Shown in pieces: positions 24,707 through 36,650 of a stretch of 64,000 bases of DNA. Source of the stretch: Alloascoidea hylecoeti (taxonomy: Eukaryota); assembly GCA_001600815.1 (NCBI GenBank), contig BCKZ01000011.1:413622-477621 (forward strand). The letters run 5' to 3'. The notes beneath the pieces were generated by a model. It was not told where the DNA came from and searched no databases. It saw nothing but the letters and a program-made list of their open reading frames with translations. Positions within the stretch are counted from its first letter, which is position 1. Each line of letters begins with the position of its first letter. The position numbers and the translations under genes are program-made.

Positions 24707-25720
24707 TCATAAACTGAAATATGTATTCAAGTCAAGTAAACTATCATAATTTGTTAAATCTTCATTTTGAGCTGTAAAAGTTTCTAAGGGACTTTGTAAT
24801 ACTTTTTCAATAATATCGAAAGCTAAATTATCCTCTAATTGGAATTCTGATAGTTCTTTTTCATCATTTTCTAACGCAATAGTTTCATTTGAATCTTGAG
24901 GTAAAGTTGTATTAAAATTTAATTGGTTATTTTCATGCGTTTTGGAAATTGGTGATTGTAAATATAAATATTCGGTTGGTTCAGTATCAAAATCTAGTAT
25001 ATCGACTTCAGGAATAACTTCATATGCAGTTGCACTAAGGGTTGTATTGTGCCGCAAATGGCCCGAGGAATGTCTTGCATGTCGTTGAAGGGAATTTACC
25101 TGCTGCTGAGTTGAGACATCTGCCTTACTGTTGGTATATGCTACCTGTTCAAAGGAAAGTGTGGAAAAAGACGGGGAAAGAGGTACATTACTGAAAGCTG
25201 AAGATACTGAAGAGTTTCGTGAACGTGAATGTGAACGTGAATGTGACTGTAAATTTATTCGGTTTAAAGAAGAGTTAGACGTAAATAGAAATGTGGGCGA
25301 CCTTGGAGATTTTGATGAATCTCCATGCCATAACCTTGGACTTTTAAAAGAGTGTTTTATATTAGAGAAGCCAGTTTGTATTGAAGCAATGGAGCTCTTT
25401 TTGCCGAGCCTGGATTTAGATTTTTTAGAAGATAATGAAGTTGCGAGAGATGTTAATGAAGATATTGAAGAGCTTGTATCGAATAAACGATGAGCGGAGT
25501 TTTCGTCAGTTGATATAATTGAGGAGCCTGTAGCCTTAAACGAAGACGAAGTTGAAGAGTTTCGCGAATGAATAGAGCATCCTTCAAAAGTTGTAGTTGA
25601 AGGTATATGATCATAACAGATGCTGCTAAAGTCGGTCATTGAAGTGTTTCTGTCGAGACTCGAAGGACTCGCACAAGGGTTGGAGTATAAGTCAAACATT
25701 GAATACAAATTTTCTTTCAT
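24707..25720 (-). CDS. Hypothetical Ser-rich, probably disordered protein, 337 aa
   Basis: Long ATG-initiated ORF with many RxxS/SP motifs and an acidic C-terminus; no domain recognised. Confidence 0.7.
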   Translation of the reverse strand: MKENLYSMFDLYSNPCASPSSLDRNTSMTDFSSICYDHIPSTTTFEGCSIHSRNSSTSSSFKATGSSIISTDENSAHRLFDTSSSISSLTSLATSLSSKKSKSRLGKKSSIASIQTGFSNIKHSFKSPRLWHGDSSKSPRSPTFLFTSNSSLNRINLQSHSRSHSRSRNSSVSSAFSNVPLSPSFSTLSFEQVAYTNSKADVSTQQQVNSLQRHARHSSGHLRHNTTLSATAYEVIPEVDILDFDTEPTEYLYLQSPISKTHENNQLNFNTTLPQDSNETIALENDEKELSEFQLEDNLAFDIIEKVLQSPLETFTAQNEDLTNYDSLLDLNTYFSL

Positions 25721-28700
25721 AAGATGGGTGGGAAGAAAAACAGCAGAGGAGGATGAAGATATAGTAGGGCCTATTTCGTACCATGCATGGAATAGAAAGA
25801 GAATTTAAATTTGTAGTATGGCTGTTTGAGAATGAGTGTCAGCACGCACTACCCGAAGCGCCTCCAGAATTTAAGCTTACCGGGGTTCAGCATGAAATCA
25901 TTAAACCTTTTTTTATCTGGGCTTCCTCCACCATAGTTTCTTTGTTTCAAACTTTCTTTTGTATTTGGCCATCAATTAGTAAAAACATTAGCATACAAGC
26001 CAGGTATCAAAGACCACCAACCCAAATAAAGACTGCTGGTCGTATCATGAGTTGTCAACACACCAGGTTTAGGAGTGGAAATGGATCCGTCGCAACTCTT
26101 TTGTAGTTAAAATGTGAGTTGTGTACTAATATCTTAATACTAATGTAGTTCCATGAAAACAAGGTTGCGAGCAGCAAATATCACGCCCACTAGTGGATCT
26201 CAATATATCTGATCCGCTAATACTATTACACTAGGAAACTATCCGACGTACTGGTACACAGCTGCTGGATATCAAAACTCAATCGATATCAACTATAACA
26301 AGGTTTTAATATGATTGTTGTTATGTTAACCATCGTTTTACTCTTTGTGATTTAAACAATGGTGAATTGCTATTGTGAAAATAAAAAACAGAAAATGGTA
26401 TTATTACAACTATCTATTGTTGTCGTCTTTATCGCTAGCTATATTTAGGACATGTCATAATACAACTCTTCATCCTTCACCTAGCTTCAGCCTCGGATTA
26501 TTTTTTACATGAACTAGGCATGCTCCTTGATCTTGCAATACCACTTTCTTAGAACAAACCTATTGGGGATAATCAACCTCTCCAAGTAGCACATTTCAAT
26601 AATTTTTGATTAGGTCAAATAATAAATACTCCGGCTGAGACTCCTCCAGTATGTGTTTCACTGTTCTACAATATGACATAAAATAATTATTCAGTAATAT
26701 ATATCCACGTGATGCTAGTTACGTAACTTACATTTACGCCTTACTAATCACGACTAACATTTTCGGACTGCATATGACACAGTGTTACGAGAATGTTTCT
26801 TACCGGCACATTATTTCAGACGAAAGAGACCCGTCTGATTAATTTTCATCGACCCTCTAAAATACAATATTTCGCCATTATCACATCAAAGAATTTGTAT
26901 ATTGATAAAAATATACGATGCAATCAATATACGGTATAAGTTATATATTAGTAAAACCTATGTAGGGTGGATTTAAACTTAACTATTGAATAAGTTTGCA
27001 GGTGAAAGTATACCACTATTTTATGTCCGGATATTTCGATTGTGAAATCGTAAAAGGCTACTGGGAAGGATCGTTAACAGAATGAGATGAAAGGATTGAA
27101 GATCTTTGAGAATAGTTAGACCAAATGGAATTTTGTGATTGATATCTGGAATGATTTGATAACCTTCCATGACCTAGAGAAACATTCTTTTTTTTCCTTT
27201 AGCGGTTAATCCTAGGTTATTGGTGTAGGCCTATAGATATTGGTGAGTAGTAATGAATTTATTTTAGTAGCTTTCCCTAGATATACTGTAGCTAAGTTAC
27301 TAACCGTAGTTAGCGGTACTTATAGATTTGGCGCCACAGTATACGCTTAGTTATATCCTACGAACTAATACCTGGACTAATATATCATATAGACATATAG
27401 GTGTTTATTACATCAATTGCAAGTATATAAATAGATTTGGCCCTTAAACCTATACAAAATTGAGTTTTTAGGTATCTGTGTACAAACACTTAACAGCAGA
27501 GTAATTTCAATAAATAAATATTATACATGTATTACTTGGTAAAGTGTAGGGCTCATCCTTTTGACGGTAAACAAAGCATGCAGCAAATATAGATTTCAAT
27601 ACATAGAAAACAATTTCATTGCTTGTTCTTATTGGTATGTAAGAATATATAAATTTAAAGTAAATAATAAATAAGTAACTTTATTGGGCATTACAATTTT
27701 TTAATTAGAAAGCCTATAGCTTAGAACTCTATTTTATTGGTGTTATAACTCCATTTAACAATACTATTATGCACAGGTTGTAAGTTATAATCTAAATACA
27801 GTATTAAAAAAATTAATTGTTATTAATATTCTTAATGTTTGTACAATATATGATATATTTATAACTTTGTCCAAAAGTGGGAGTCCATATTTTAGCCATC
27901 TTTAAATGAGCTCTCAAAATAAGATGGTGTTAATTATTATAAGTTTGATATTTAGGTATATCCACAGAGGGATTAAATTATAGTTATGAGGATTGTGAAT
28001 ACAGTATTCGCCAATTTAATTCGCCGAAGTTCATATTGGTTTACTATAGCTATGTACGGGTATAATACTCAATCTTAGTAATACCATAAAAAATCACTGC
28101 ATTAAGTATCTATAATTCCGATTATATAGAATTAAACACCAATCAATGAGCTACAGTATTCCCCTGTCTCAATATTTGGAATCTTAATCAATGAAAATAT
28201 AGCTATAAGATGCATGATTATATGCTAAAGGTAAAGAGTTCACATGAATTACAAAATTTCTAAACTACTGCTCAACTGCAGTTGTAGATGTCAATTACCT
28301 TAGAATACGATGAGATTTAAAACTAAAAAATGAAAAATGGAATGGCACAAGCTTAAGTGTTAATTACGGCTCATTTTGCATTAGTTAACTTGTTAGTTTA
28401 ATAAGCCATTTTTACATATAGCTATGTATGTTAATTATATTCATATTAATATACCTATGATATTAGTTAAATGTATCGGTAGATTCGGTACTAGCAACAA
28501 TACAGCTAAAATTAAAATTTAATCAGAAGTAAAGCTACTTATAAATAAGGGATTGTAATTGACAAGCGTAAGGTCTTAACTTAGATCATATGAAATTTAA
28601 AAAGGTTGTAATGCTTTACTATATTTGTATGAATGGAAACCTTCAACAAAGGCACGCCTGTTCTATTCCATGATTTACAAGCAATAACAATCCAGGGTAA

Positions 28701-29139
28701 TAGGTATAATGCTAGACTATATCTTACTAAAGGCCTTAGCTATAGCCTAGTGTTTTTTTTTTCTCATATAAAGATTTTATACCCCCCTACTGGAATACCA
28801 AAAGTTGTTACACTATAACTACAAATTGTAAAACCAGCAACAAATATAAATTATTATAAATAGTATCACTAAAATACACTTACAAACAGTATCATGAGTC
28901 TGATAATAATTACCATGAATTTTACCGAGGTGTGAGCTCTATTTTATGTTTAGCATCTAGCTCACAAAGTCCAAACTTTAAACGCAAATTTTTAGCATAC
29001 AGTGCCATACCAGTATAATATGATGCACATATGTTTATAGAATAACCTACATGTTTTTTTAAGGCCAGTGCCGTAGGGAATTATGAGAATTCAGGAGATC
29101 TATAAGTTTTGTTACGTTACGTTCAAGAACTCTAAAAGA

Positions 29140-30060
29140 ATGGGAATGATCGACGATTAGAACAAGTTAATATTCTCTACTGTTGAATACAAAAGATAAG
29201 ACAATCGTATAGGGAAAAAAAAGAGTTTCCAAAAAATTTAATATCTCAAAATCATTTATTCATGATTTGGGAACTTTTGTTTTTGGCTAAAAATGGGTTC
29301 CGGATCCAATTTAAAGGATTTCCATAGGCTATTTGATTTTGGAGCGTGTAAAAAATGATGCGTTTCAAATATTTCCCACAAAATACACGTTAATGAAGCA
29401 TCATAAAATTATGATAAGCGGATCATTGGAAAAGCTTCTTTACTTTATATCAAGAAACAAGAAACTTTGATGTTTCCAGATTTTTAACGGAGGATTCAAA
29501 ACATCTTCGTGAACGATGTGCATTACTTCAGGGTTCTCTCAATAAAACATTCCAAATTTCTCATATCTTGAACTTCGATGAAGCAGGTACAAAGTAAGTG
29601 TTAGACGATTTATTTTACCTGTGCGATGTTCAAACTAGTTAGGAAACGCAAATATTATTGCTTTATGCTTTGACCCACGAAAGAAGATAGGGGGATCTAT
29701 GTAACAAATCCAACATCGCCGATCTCCAAAAAAAAAGGATTTTATCGAAATATATCAGAAGTTAAGCGCTGAGACTGTAACCCTAAATACATTCGTTGGG
29801 CTTTGTAACGACTAGAATTGTCCCTTTTAACTTCCAGATGATCTTATGAAAGTTGGGAGAGGTTTGAGTGGGAAAAAACGAAAAGGAAGTGATCAAAAAT
29901 CGAAAAACATTTCATTTTATATATATGAAGATTTACCTGAACAATTGAAGTATGCTGAAATTGTACAAGAAGATTAGGAAGTGTAGTCGGCAAAGCTAAA
30001 ATCACGTAAAATTTCCGATGATGAATTACGCATTTGTACAAGCAGGGGTGTAACAAGCAC
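29140..30060 (+). mobile_element. Degenerate pogo/Tigger (CENP-B/DDE_1-like) transposase relic
   Basis: HTH-like RVSKKFNISKSFIHDL at 29222-29269, and LRERCALLQGSLNKTFQISHILNFDEAG ending ~29588, matching the I-x-N-x-D-E-T-G motif. Many stops and frameshifts; boundaries approximate. Confidence 0.55.
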
Positions 30061-30705
30061 TATTATAAATTTATAATCTCAGATTCCCACAGTACCCAAA
30101 GATCATTGAAAACTATTCGAAGTGGAACTCAGACATCCAGGAGAGGTACAGCATAAAATACAAAATTCCCATAAATATGAAATAATACCTCCTTTATAGA
30201 GTCATCAGCTTCTACTTAAGAATTAAGAGCATATATTATAATTCAATAATTAGCAGCATGACATTGCTTAAGGCCTTTCAACTTTATTTGATCTTCCAAT
30301 CTAATTGTTCTAGTGATAAATGGGCTTATAAATATAAATTAGTTCATATTTCCCTTCTAATAAGAAGCTCTAACTTGATTCCTCTCAATAACCTTACAGA
30401 AAGGTCTTTGCAAAATTATGCTGCCCAAAATTTCCTTTCCTCCTTAAAAATTTAAATTTATTTGTGGGAATTATTATTTAGATCTCCGGGAGTTTCTTTA
30501 ATTTCTTTGTCATTAGATCTCTTTATAGGTCGTAGGTCTGTTATCATTCACAATTACTGATATATACTAATTATGATACCTTGCAAAAATATAAATTGTA
30601 TTTCTGAACAGATCAATCGATTGCTAGTATTAATATAAGATGACTACACTTTGTAAATTTTCACGACACTTAATTCATTGTGTTTAAATATATAAAGTTA
30701 TATCT

Positions 30706-33288
30706 CTAACCAGGATTGGGAAAGTTACCAAAGGCAGGCCCAAATATTTCTCCCTTTGGTAAAAGAACCAAAGGAGTACCGGCACTGTCTGCTCCAGCAA
30801 ATGGTACTGTGTTTCCCCACCAATTAATTGTGACAATGTGTTTATAACCTGTTGCAAAAAACATTATTACTCCTCCAAATCCAATACCAGTCCCCAGGGC
30901 TGCGTACAAGATATAGTTATACTTCTGCCACCAACGGAGGTACTTATTTCTAAGGTAAAAATTGAATAAAGCCCCAATGTAAAAATTACCAATTGTATAG
31001 AAGAAACTACTAGGTGCCCATGCAGAAAATCCAGACAATACTAAAAGAACATTCCAACGTCTGAAATGTTTCTTATAATACTTTTCGGTCAACCAAACTG
31101 GGAATGGTAAGAAAAATCCAATAAGGAAACAATATTTCAACTTAGGATATAAACCATCAAAATAGATTTTAGGTCCTAAAGTACCCCATAAAATAGATGA
31201 TGCAAAACTTCTTCTTGCTGTTTGGCAAGTGAACTTTTGACTTTGTTCTGGGCTACAATAATTATCGATACCTGTAAATTCCCATCTTAAAAGCGCGATA
31301 TTAGTGAAGACTGTAACAAATGTTCCCAAGAATTGCGCACGGAACAGTGCTCTTGAAGGCATTTTAGCATAATGTGTTTGCTTTTGATTTGTGATATAGT
31401 TTTGAGCTTGTTCCCAGAAATTTCCAGCTAAAAATTCTGAAATCATAACAGCGTTGGCATTATGTAGTTTCAGGTATCCCATTAAAACTTTGACAAAGAA
31501 ACTAACAGTGAAATAATTATCAGTTTGAGCATATAGTAACCCCATTGGCATAATGAAAATAATATTAATGAGCAATACAAAGAAGATGGTCCAAACTGGA
31601 GTATCAGTTTCAGGATATACATGCACCATGACAATAAATAGAACGAGTGCAATGAGAATTGTGACCACGAACCACCAGGAAGGAACTTCTGGATGAACTT
31701 TCATAGCCCTTGTAAAAGGATCATCGTATTCTCCTCTTGCTTTTTCTCCACTTCTAAGTGAAATCCAGATAGATTTTAATCCAGTCCAGATCTGACCCCT
31801 ATAGTACAATGCAGAATATACTAATGCAGCAATGTAAAAAGCAAATTCACCACCGAAACTAACAAGTGTTCCAGCAGAAAGATAAGCCGGGGAATACTTC
31901 TCATATCCTTCTGGGTCAAATTTGTTATCTTTTGTTAAAATCTTAGATACGTCGTATCTTTTACCTGTATTATCGTACGCTCCGGTTCCATTTATAGGTA
32001 AATATTGTGTCCAGTATGACTTGGAAAAATATATACCACAGATAACTAGAAATCCCAAGAATTGCCCAACCATAGTAGTATATGTAGTGTACCAAGGGGA
32101 TACCATGCTAGCACCTCCAATGTTACTCCAGTCAAAAGTATTTATAGGGTTTAAACCAAGTCCATTGATAACACCAGTTACTGCTGCTAATTTTACATTT
32201 TTAGGTGAGATCCAATTAATCCAACTAAAATAACCTAATCCCTGGAAAACAAATTCAGGAAACCACCACCAGGCAAAACTAATAACCATAAAAATAAGAA
32301 AAAATGTATATCTGCTAAACTTCCAACCGTTAACGTTTTCCTTAGTTTCTGTCTTTACTAAAGCTCTATTCATTGCAAGGAGTGGTAGAATTCCATACCA
32401 TAAATTTTTTACAGGGTAAACTAAAACACTTCTAAGAAGACCTGCAAATCCATATCCCAAGAATTGACCTGTAAGTGTGAGTAGAGCCATATAGCCAAAA
32501 GAGTCTGCCCATTCAAATTTGAATAAAGCTTTTTGTTGAGTAACAACGGAGAAAGAATTAGGAGCACCATCTACGGCACTCATCATTTGAGTTGCGAGCA
32601 TCTGTTCTTTGAAGGTCCATGGACCAGGATTTAAACTATGACGGGTTCCAAACAAAGTGAACCCCCAGTCTGGGAGAATGTATTCAAATAATTTACCAGT
32701 AGGATAGATTAAAAGTTGGAGAGACAAAAACGGAAGACTGATACTAGGAAATCTATTGGTGAAAAACACCCCCACAAGAGAACCTGCATTAGCGTAAATG
32801 ATACCAATCACATACATTCGAATAGTTTCACAATGTTCCAGAGGATCATCTAACATTGAAGTTGAGGCTCTTACTTCAGGGTAAGGAGACCAATCACTTA
32901 CCATGGCACATTCAAATTTCACATCAAATTCATACTCATCATTTGAAAGATCTGGAAAGTTTTGGGGTCCTTCCCCTAATTGCTTTAACCTTTCAAGTAG
33001 AACATAATCAATATTGATATCTTCTTCGTGATATATGTATGCATCCTTGAGAACTTTTAGCGCTTCTTCAAAAGTTCTGGATTCTACCTTTTCGAGAAGA
33101 AAGTTGATTTCCTCAACTGTTAATTCCAATTCCATTTTTTTCGCTGCATGTTCCATGCGCTCCACCAGACGAGAGCCATCAACAATTTCGATACTTCCAA
33201 GAACTTTAGGATCTTCCCCCTCCTCATTTAAATCCTTCTCATTTAAATCCTTCTCATTTAAATCCTTCTCAGCAGTATCTGAAGACAT
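30706..33288 (-). CDS. OPT family oligopeptide transporter (OPT2-like), 860 aa
   Basis: WSPYPEVRA, LNPGPWTFKEQMLAT, GLGLNPINTFDW, HPEVPSWWF and WWQKYNYIL motifs. Confidence 0.92.
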   Translation of the reverse strand: MSSDTAEKDLNEKDLNEKDLNEEGEDPKVLGSIEIVDGSRLVERMEHAAKKMELELTVEEINFLLEKVESRTFEEALKVLKDAYIYHEEDINIDYVLLERLKQLGEGPQNFPDLSNDEYEFDVKFECAMVSDWSPYPEVRASTSMLDDPLEHCETIRMYVIGIIYANAGSLVGVFFTNRFPSISLPFLSLQLLIYPTGKLFEYILPDWGFTLFGTRHSLNPGPWTFKEQMLATQMMSAVDGAPNSFSVVTQQKALFKFEWADSFGYMALLTLTGQFLGYGFAGLLRSVLVYPVKNLWYGILPLLAMNRALVKTETKENVNGWKFSRYTFFLIFMVISFAWWWFPEFVFQGLGYFSWINWISPKNVKLAAVTGVINGLGLNPINTFDWSNIGGASMVSPWYTTYTTMVGQFLGFLVICGIYFSKSYWTQYLPINGTGAYDNTGKRYDVSKILTKDNKFDPEGYEKYSPAYLSAGTLVSFGGEFAFYIAALVYSALYYRGQIWTGLKSIWISLRSGEKARGEYDDPFTRAMKVHPEVPSWWFVVTILIALVLFIVMVHVYPETDTPVWTIFFVLLINIIFIMPMGLLYAQTDNYFTVSFFVKVLMGYLKLHNANAVMISEFLAGNFWEQAQNYITNQKQTHYAKMPSRALFRAQFLGTFVTVFTNIALLRWEFTGIDNYCSPEQSQKFTCQTARRSFASSILWGTLGPKIYFDGLYPKLKYCFLIGFFLPFPVWLTEKYYKKHFRRWNVLLVLSGFSAWAPSSFFYTIGNFYIGALFNFYLRNKYLRWWQKYNYILYAALGTGIGFGGVIMFFATGYKHIVTINWWGNTVPFAGADSAGTPLVLLPKGEIFGPAFGNFPNPG

Positions 33289-33402
33289 GGTATATGAGTA
33301 CTTCTAGTTTCAGATATTCAATTGACACCAAATATAAATTTTGGCAATAAGTAGTTTTATTTATAATTTCTTTAATATAATCGAGGTTGCAAGATCTGAT
33401 AT

Positions 33403-33528
33403 TATATATTTGCAATATTTAAAGTTTTTGAGTGCCTCATGATATATATTTGCAATATTTAAAGTTTTTGAGTGCCTCATATATATTTGCAATATTTAAA
33501 GTTTTTGAGTGCCTCATGGTATATATTT
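33403..33528. repeat. ~39-bp tandem repeat x3 in the OPT promoter
   Basis: TATATATTTGCAATATTTAAAGTTTTTGAGTGCCTCAT repeated three times plus a partial copy. Confidence 0.92.
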
Positions 33529-33720
33529 CACGTTTACTTCAAGCAAACTAAGAAAGGTTATATCTTTAATTAAGGTGCTGAAATCAAACATATTTGCTAT
33601 CTCGAGTTTAGTATTACAAAGTTTTGCTAACATTTTATAGAATCATATCTAGATACTAGTAGATAGTAAATAGTAGATAGTAGATACATAACATATATAG
33701 TATTGTATATCATATCATAC

Positions 33721-33756
33721 ATTAAATTAAATTAAATTAAATTAAATTAAATTAAA
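33721..33756. repeat. (ATTAA)7 pentanucleotide repeat
   Basis: Directly visible. Confidence 0.9.
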
Positions 33757-34230
33757 CTGATTGAAAATATAATTCCTTGGGAGCTGGAAGCTTAACTTTC
33801 TTTACCATATATCTCGAACCATATTTAATCACCCATTTGCATTATCCGATAAGTATATAGTTAGTAAATTTGAAAGAATTGATCATTAAATATACTTAGG
33901 GAACTGAGAAGAAACAAAGCCAATTCAAAATTATTCTGTGAATTATAAAGATATACTGAAAATTTGTAATATATATATATCATTATTTTCATATAGTTTA
34001 ATTATAAGGTTTATACGTATCTCAGCTGCAATGCATGGCTCTTCTTACCATGAATGGCTTCATCTATATAAATGACATATCGATAACGTTTTGCCATATA
34101 TATAAGGCTTTAACATAGTATACCCTGTACAGTAATTGAGATGATAGATTAAAATGAGAAAATGAGATTATTCAAATCAAAGGGAAGCCTATATATCTAT
34201 TTGATAATTGAGGCGACGGTAAGTTATAAT

Positions 34231-34680
34231 GGGCCAGCCGTGGAGTGCTTAGCGAGGTTTATTAAATGAGGCGAGTAATAGATCAGCCGTAGGTTGCTTG
34301 GCGAAGCTTATAATAAGTTCCACTGGTAGTTATAATGTGCTGTAGTATACTATATACTATCCCATCAGTAATTAATTAATGAAATGAATTCATTGATAGA
34401 TCTACAATTGCGATTTTATAATAACTAATCCTTTTTATACTTTAATTATATCTACTGTATTACCTTGATTTCGAATACTAGATTATCTATAAAGCTTTAT
34501 ATTATATTTATGGTTCAGCCGTGGACAGCTAGAGGTTTAAATGATGCGATAATAATGGATCAGTGGTGGGTTTCTTGGCAAAGCTTATATATTGTGGTGT
34601 AGTATTATCTTGTCAATAATTAATTAATGAAATGAATTTATTGATATATCTACAATTGCGATTTCATAATAACTAATTCC
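34231..34680. repeat. Diverged direct repeat (34231-34431 vs 34511-34680) with nested ~28-bp motif
   Basis: Both copies share TAATTAATTAATGAAATGAATTYATTGATAKATCTACAATTGCGATTTYATAATAACTAAT and carry CAGCCGTGG...AGCTTATA-like motifs. Confidence 0.8.
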
Positions 34681-34769
34681 ATTTATTCTCTTTTTTGACA
34701 CTTTCGAGTTCTGACTTCTATGAGGATACTACTAATACTATAAGGCTATTGTATTAGATTGATTTTGAT

Positions 34770-36650
34770 ATGGAAAACTTAAGAGAATATCCTCTTCTGT
34801 AGCTCTCTAATGGTTGTTAGCATACAGCCAGATCAGAATTAAACAGCGCTTTTTTATCGGATACCACTCCAAAAACCCACCCTAAGAATCCTTTTAGAAA
34901 AGCATGAATATGGAATATTTTCGGCTTGTAAAAGGCCATTTATGATTGTAAAGAAACAAAGGAAAAGAATGATCATTTAAAGATAGATTAGAGTGGTCTC
35001 ATGACGTTGGAATGGTTTTGTATTCAATAACGAATGTACGATCGCTACAGGATTCGGTTTCGGGAAAGTATATCCTCTACAAAAGTCAGGCCTTTAACAA
35101 AAAATTCTTTATAACGTAAAGAAGTCTTATGGCACGTATTGGAACTTGGAAAAATGGCCGCAATATATTGTATTATAATACTTCATGCCCCGCGATCGTA
35201 GAGTGGAAGCCCTAATGTACACACTAGACATAAGAAATCATTTCACATCGACTATGGATAGTAACATATGAAGAATTTACGGAACATTATGAACAATTTT
35301 AAGAACATCTTAAGGTGTGGAGAGTACTCAGTAACTGGTTATAATCTTTCCATTTATATGTGAAGTAGTGATCGGAAAGTAAAGCCCCAGTTTAATCTTG
35401 AAGTATGTTGGTTACATGGGCGAGAAAATATTAGGGTTATATTTTTGTTTCACACTTAACGCACAAACCTGTTGATAAACTGTATTTAAGAATATCTCAT
35501 CGAAACCATAATCATTTTTGATCAAATAAATGACTCAACTGACTACAATGCAAAAGAAATATCCTGTACACGTCCATTTGGTCAGATCAGGTCACACCTA
35601 TACTGAAATTTGTTTTGTAATAAAGCCACTGGTGCAAAACCACATTAGAGTATACATATACCAGACTTTCCAGCTTAATTGATAAAGTGCCAGTTATCTA
35701 CGAGAAATTGAAGGGGTCTAATAAGAGAATTACAAATAGTCCGACGAATAGGTGATATTCGTCTACTACAAAAAAGTTTCGTGGCCCACATCAAAGAAGT
35801 ATTATATTATAGACATGAAGGTGATATTTCTGAACACGACATTTCTAGAATCCCTAAATCAAATGAAAAAAAACAGGAGGAATGAAACAACCAACCATCT
35901 TGGTCCAAGCCTAAATCACATTGAAAACCATCTGGCACAAGATCAAAAGTGACCTGACAGAAGTATCCAGAATTGTCTCCAATGATTCTTCGACAGATTA
36001 AGGAATATTATTTGGTAATATTTCTTTGAGAATTGCTCCTTTAATCAAGATTTCATGTTCATACCGGTAAATTGTATAATATTTTAGAGTGAAACGCGAA
36101 ATTGTAAGACTTCCTAATGCCTTCCGTAGTGATCCTTTAAGGAATTGGAGTAACATTATATTCCTTTAAATGCAGAATTTTCTCCTATTCATGGCGCAAT
36201 TTTCAAAAATATTCAGCGACTTTTTGGGTGTTAATGCTATATCAGCCATAAGATAGTCTATGAAGACCAAGTAAATCTGTAAACCCCGTGTACTTTTCCT
36301 CCTCTCTATAACCCCTGAAGATGGGAATAAACAAAAAAAAACTCACGACCCCTTGATCTTGATTCAAGGAGCAAGGAAGCCAGAATCGAAAAATGCCTTT
36401 TGCAAGTATGGTTTGAAACATAAGGTACGGGAGCCAGAAGGGTCTGATCCCTTTTCCTATAAGAGGGATTTATTAAATTAGGGTAAAAAAGGTAAATCGA
36501 AGGCTCTTCATGAAACATCTCTTGCTATGGGGCAAAATGTGAAATTAACACCCTTAAAAGAAAGGGGGTTCACAGGAAAAAACTCAGCACAGCAACTGGG
36601 AAAAAGAAATATTCATATTCAAACTTATAAAGAGAATTTATGGCATTAAG
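34770..36650 (+). mobile_element. Heavily decayed coding relic, possibly a Mutator-like (MULE) transposase with SWIM finger
   Basis: Motif remnants in MULE order across frames: LEWSH..VLYSI..QDSVSGK (34988-35070), WPQYIVL* (~35155), LVTWARKY (~35408), EISCTRP (~35556). Many stops; boundaries approximate. Confidence 0.35.
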
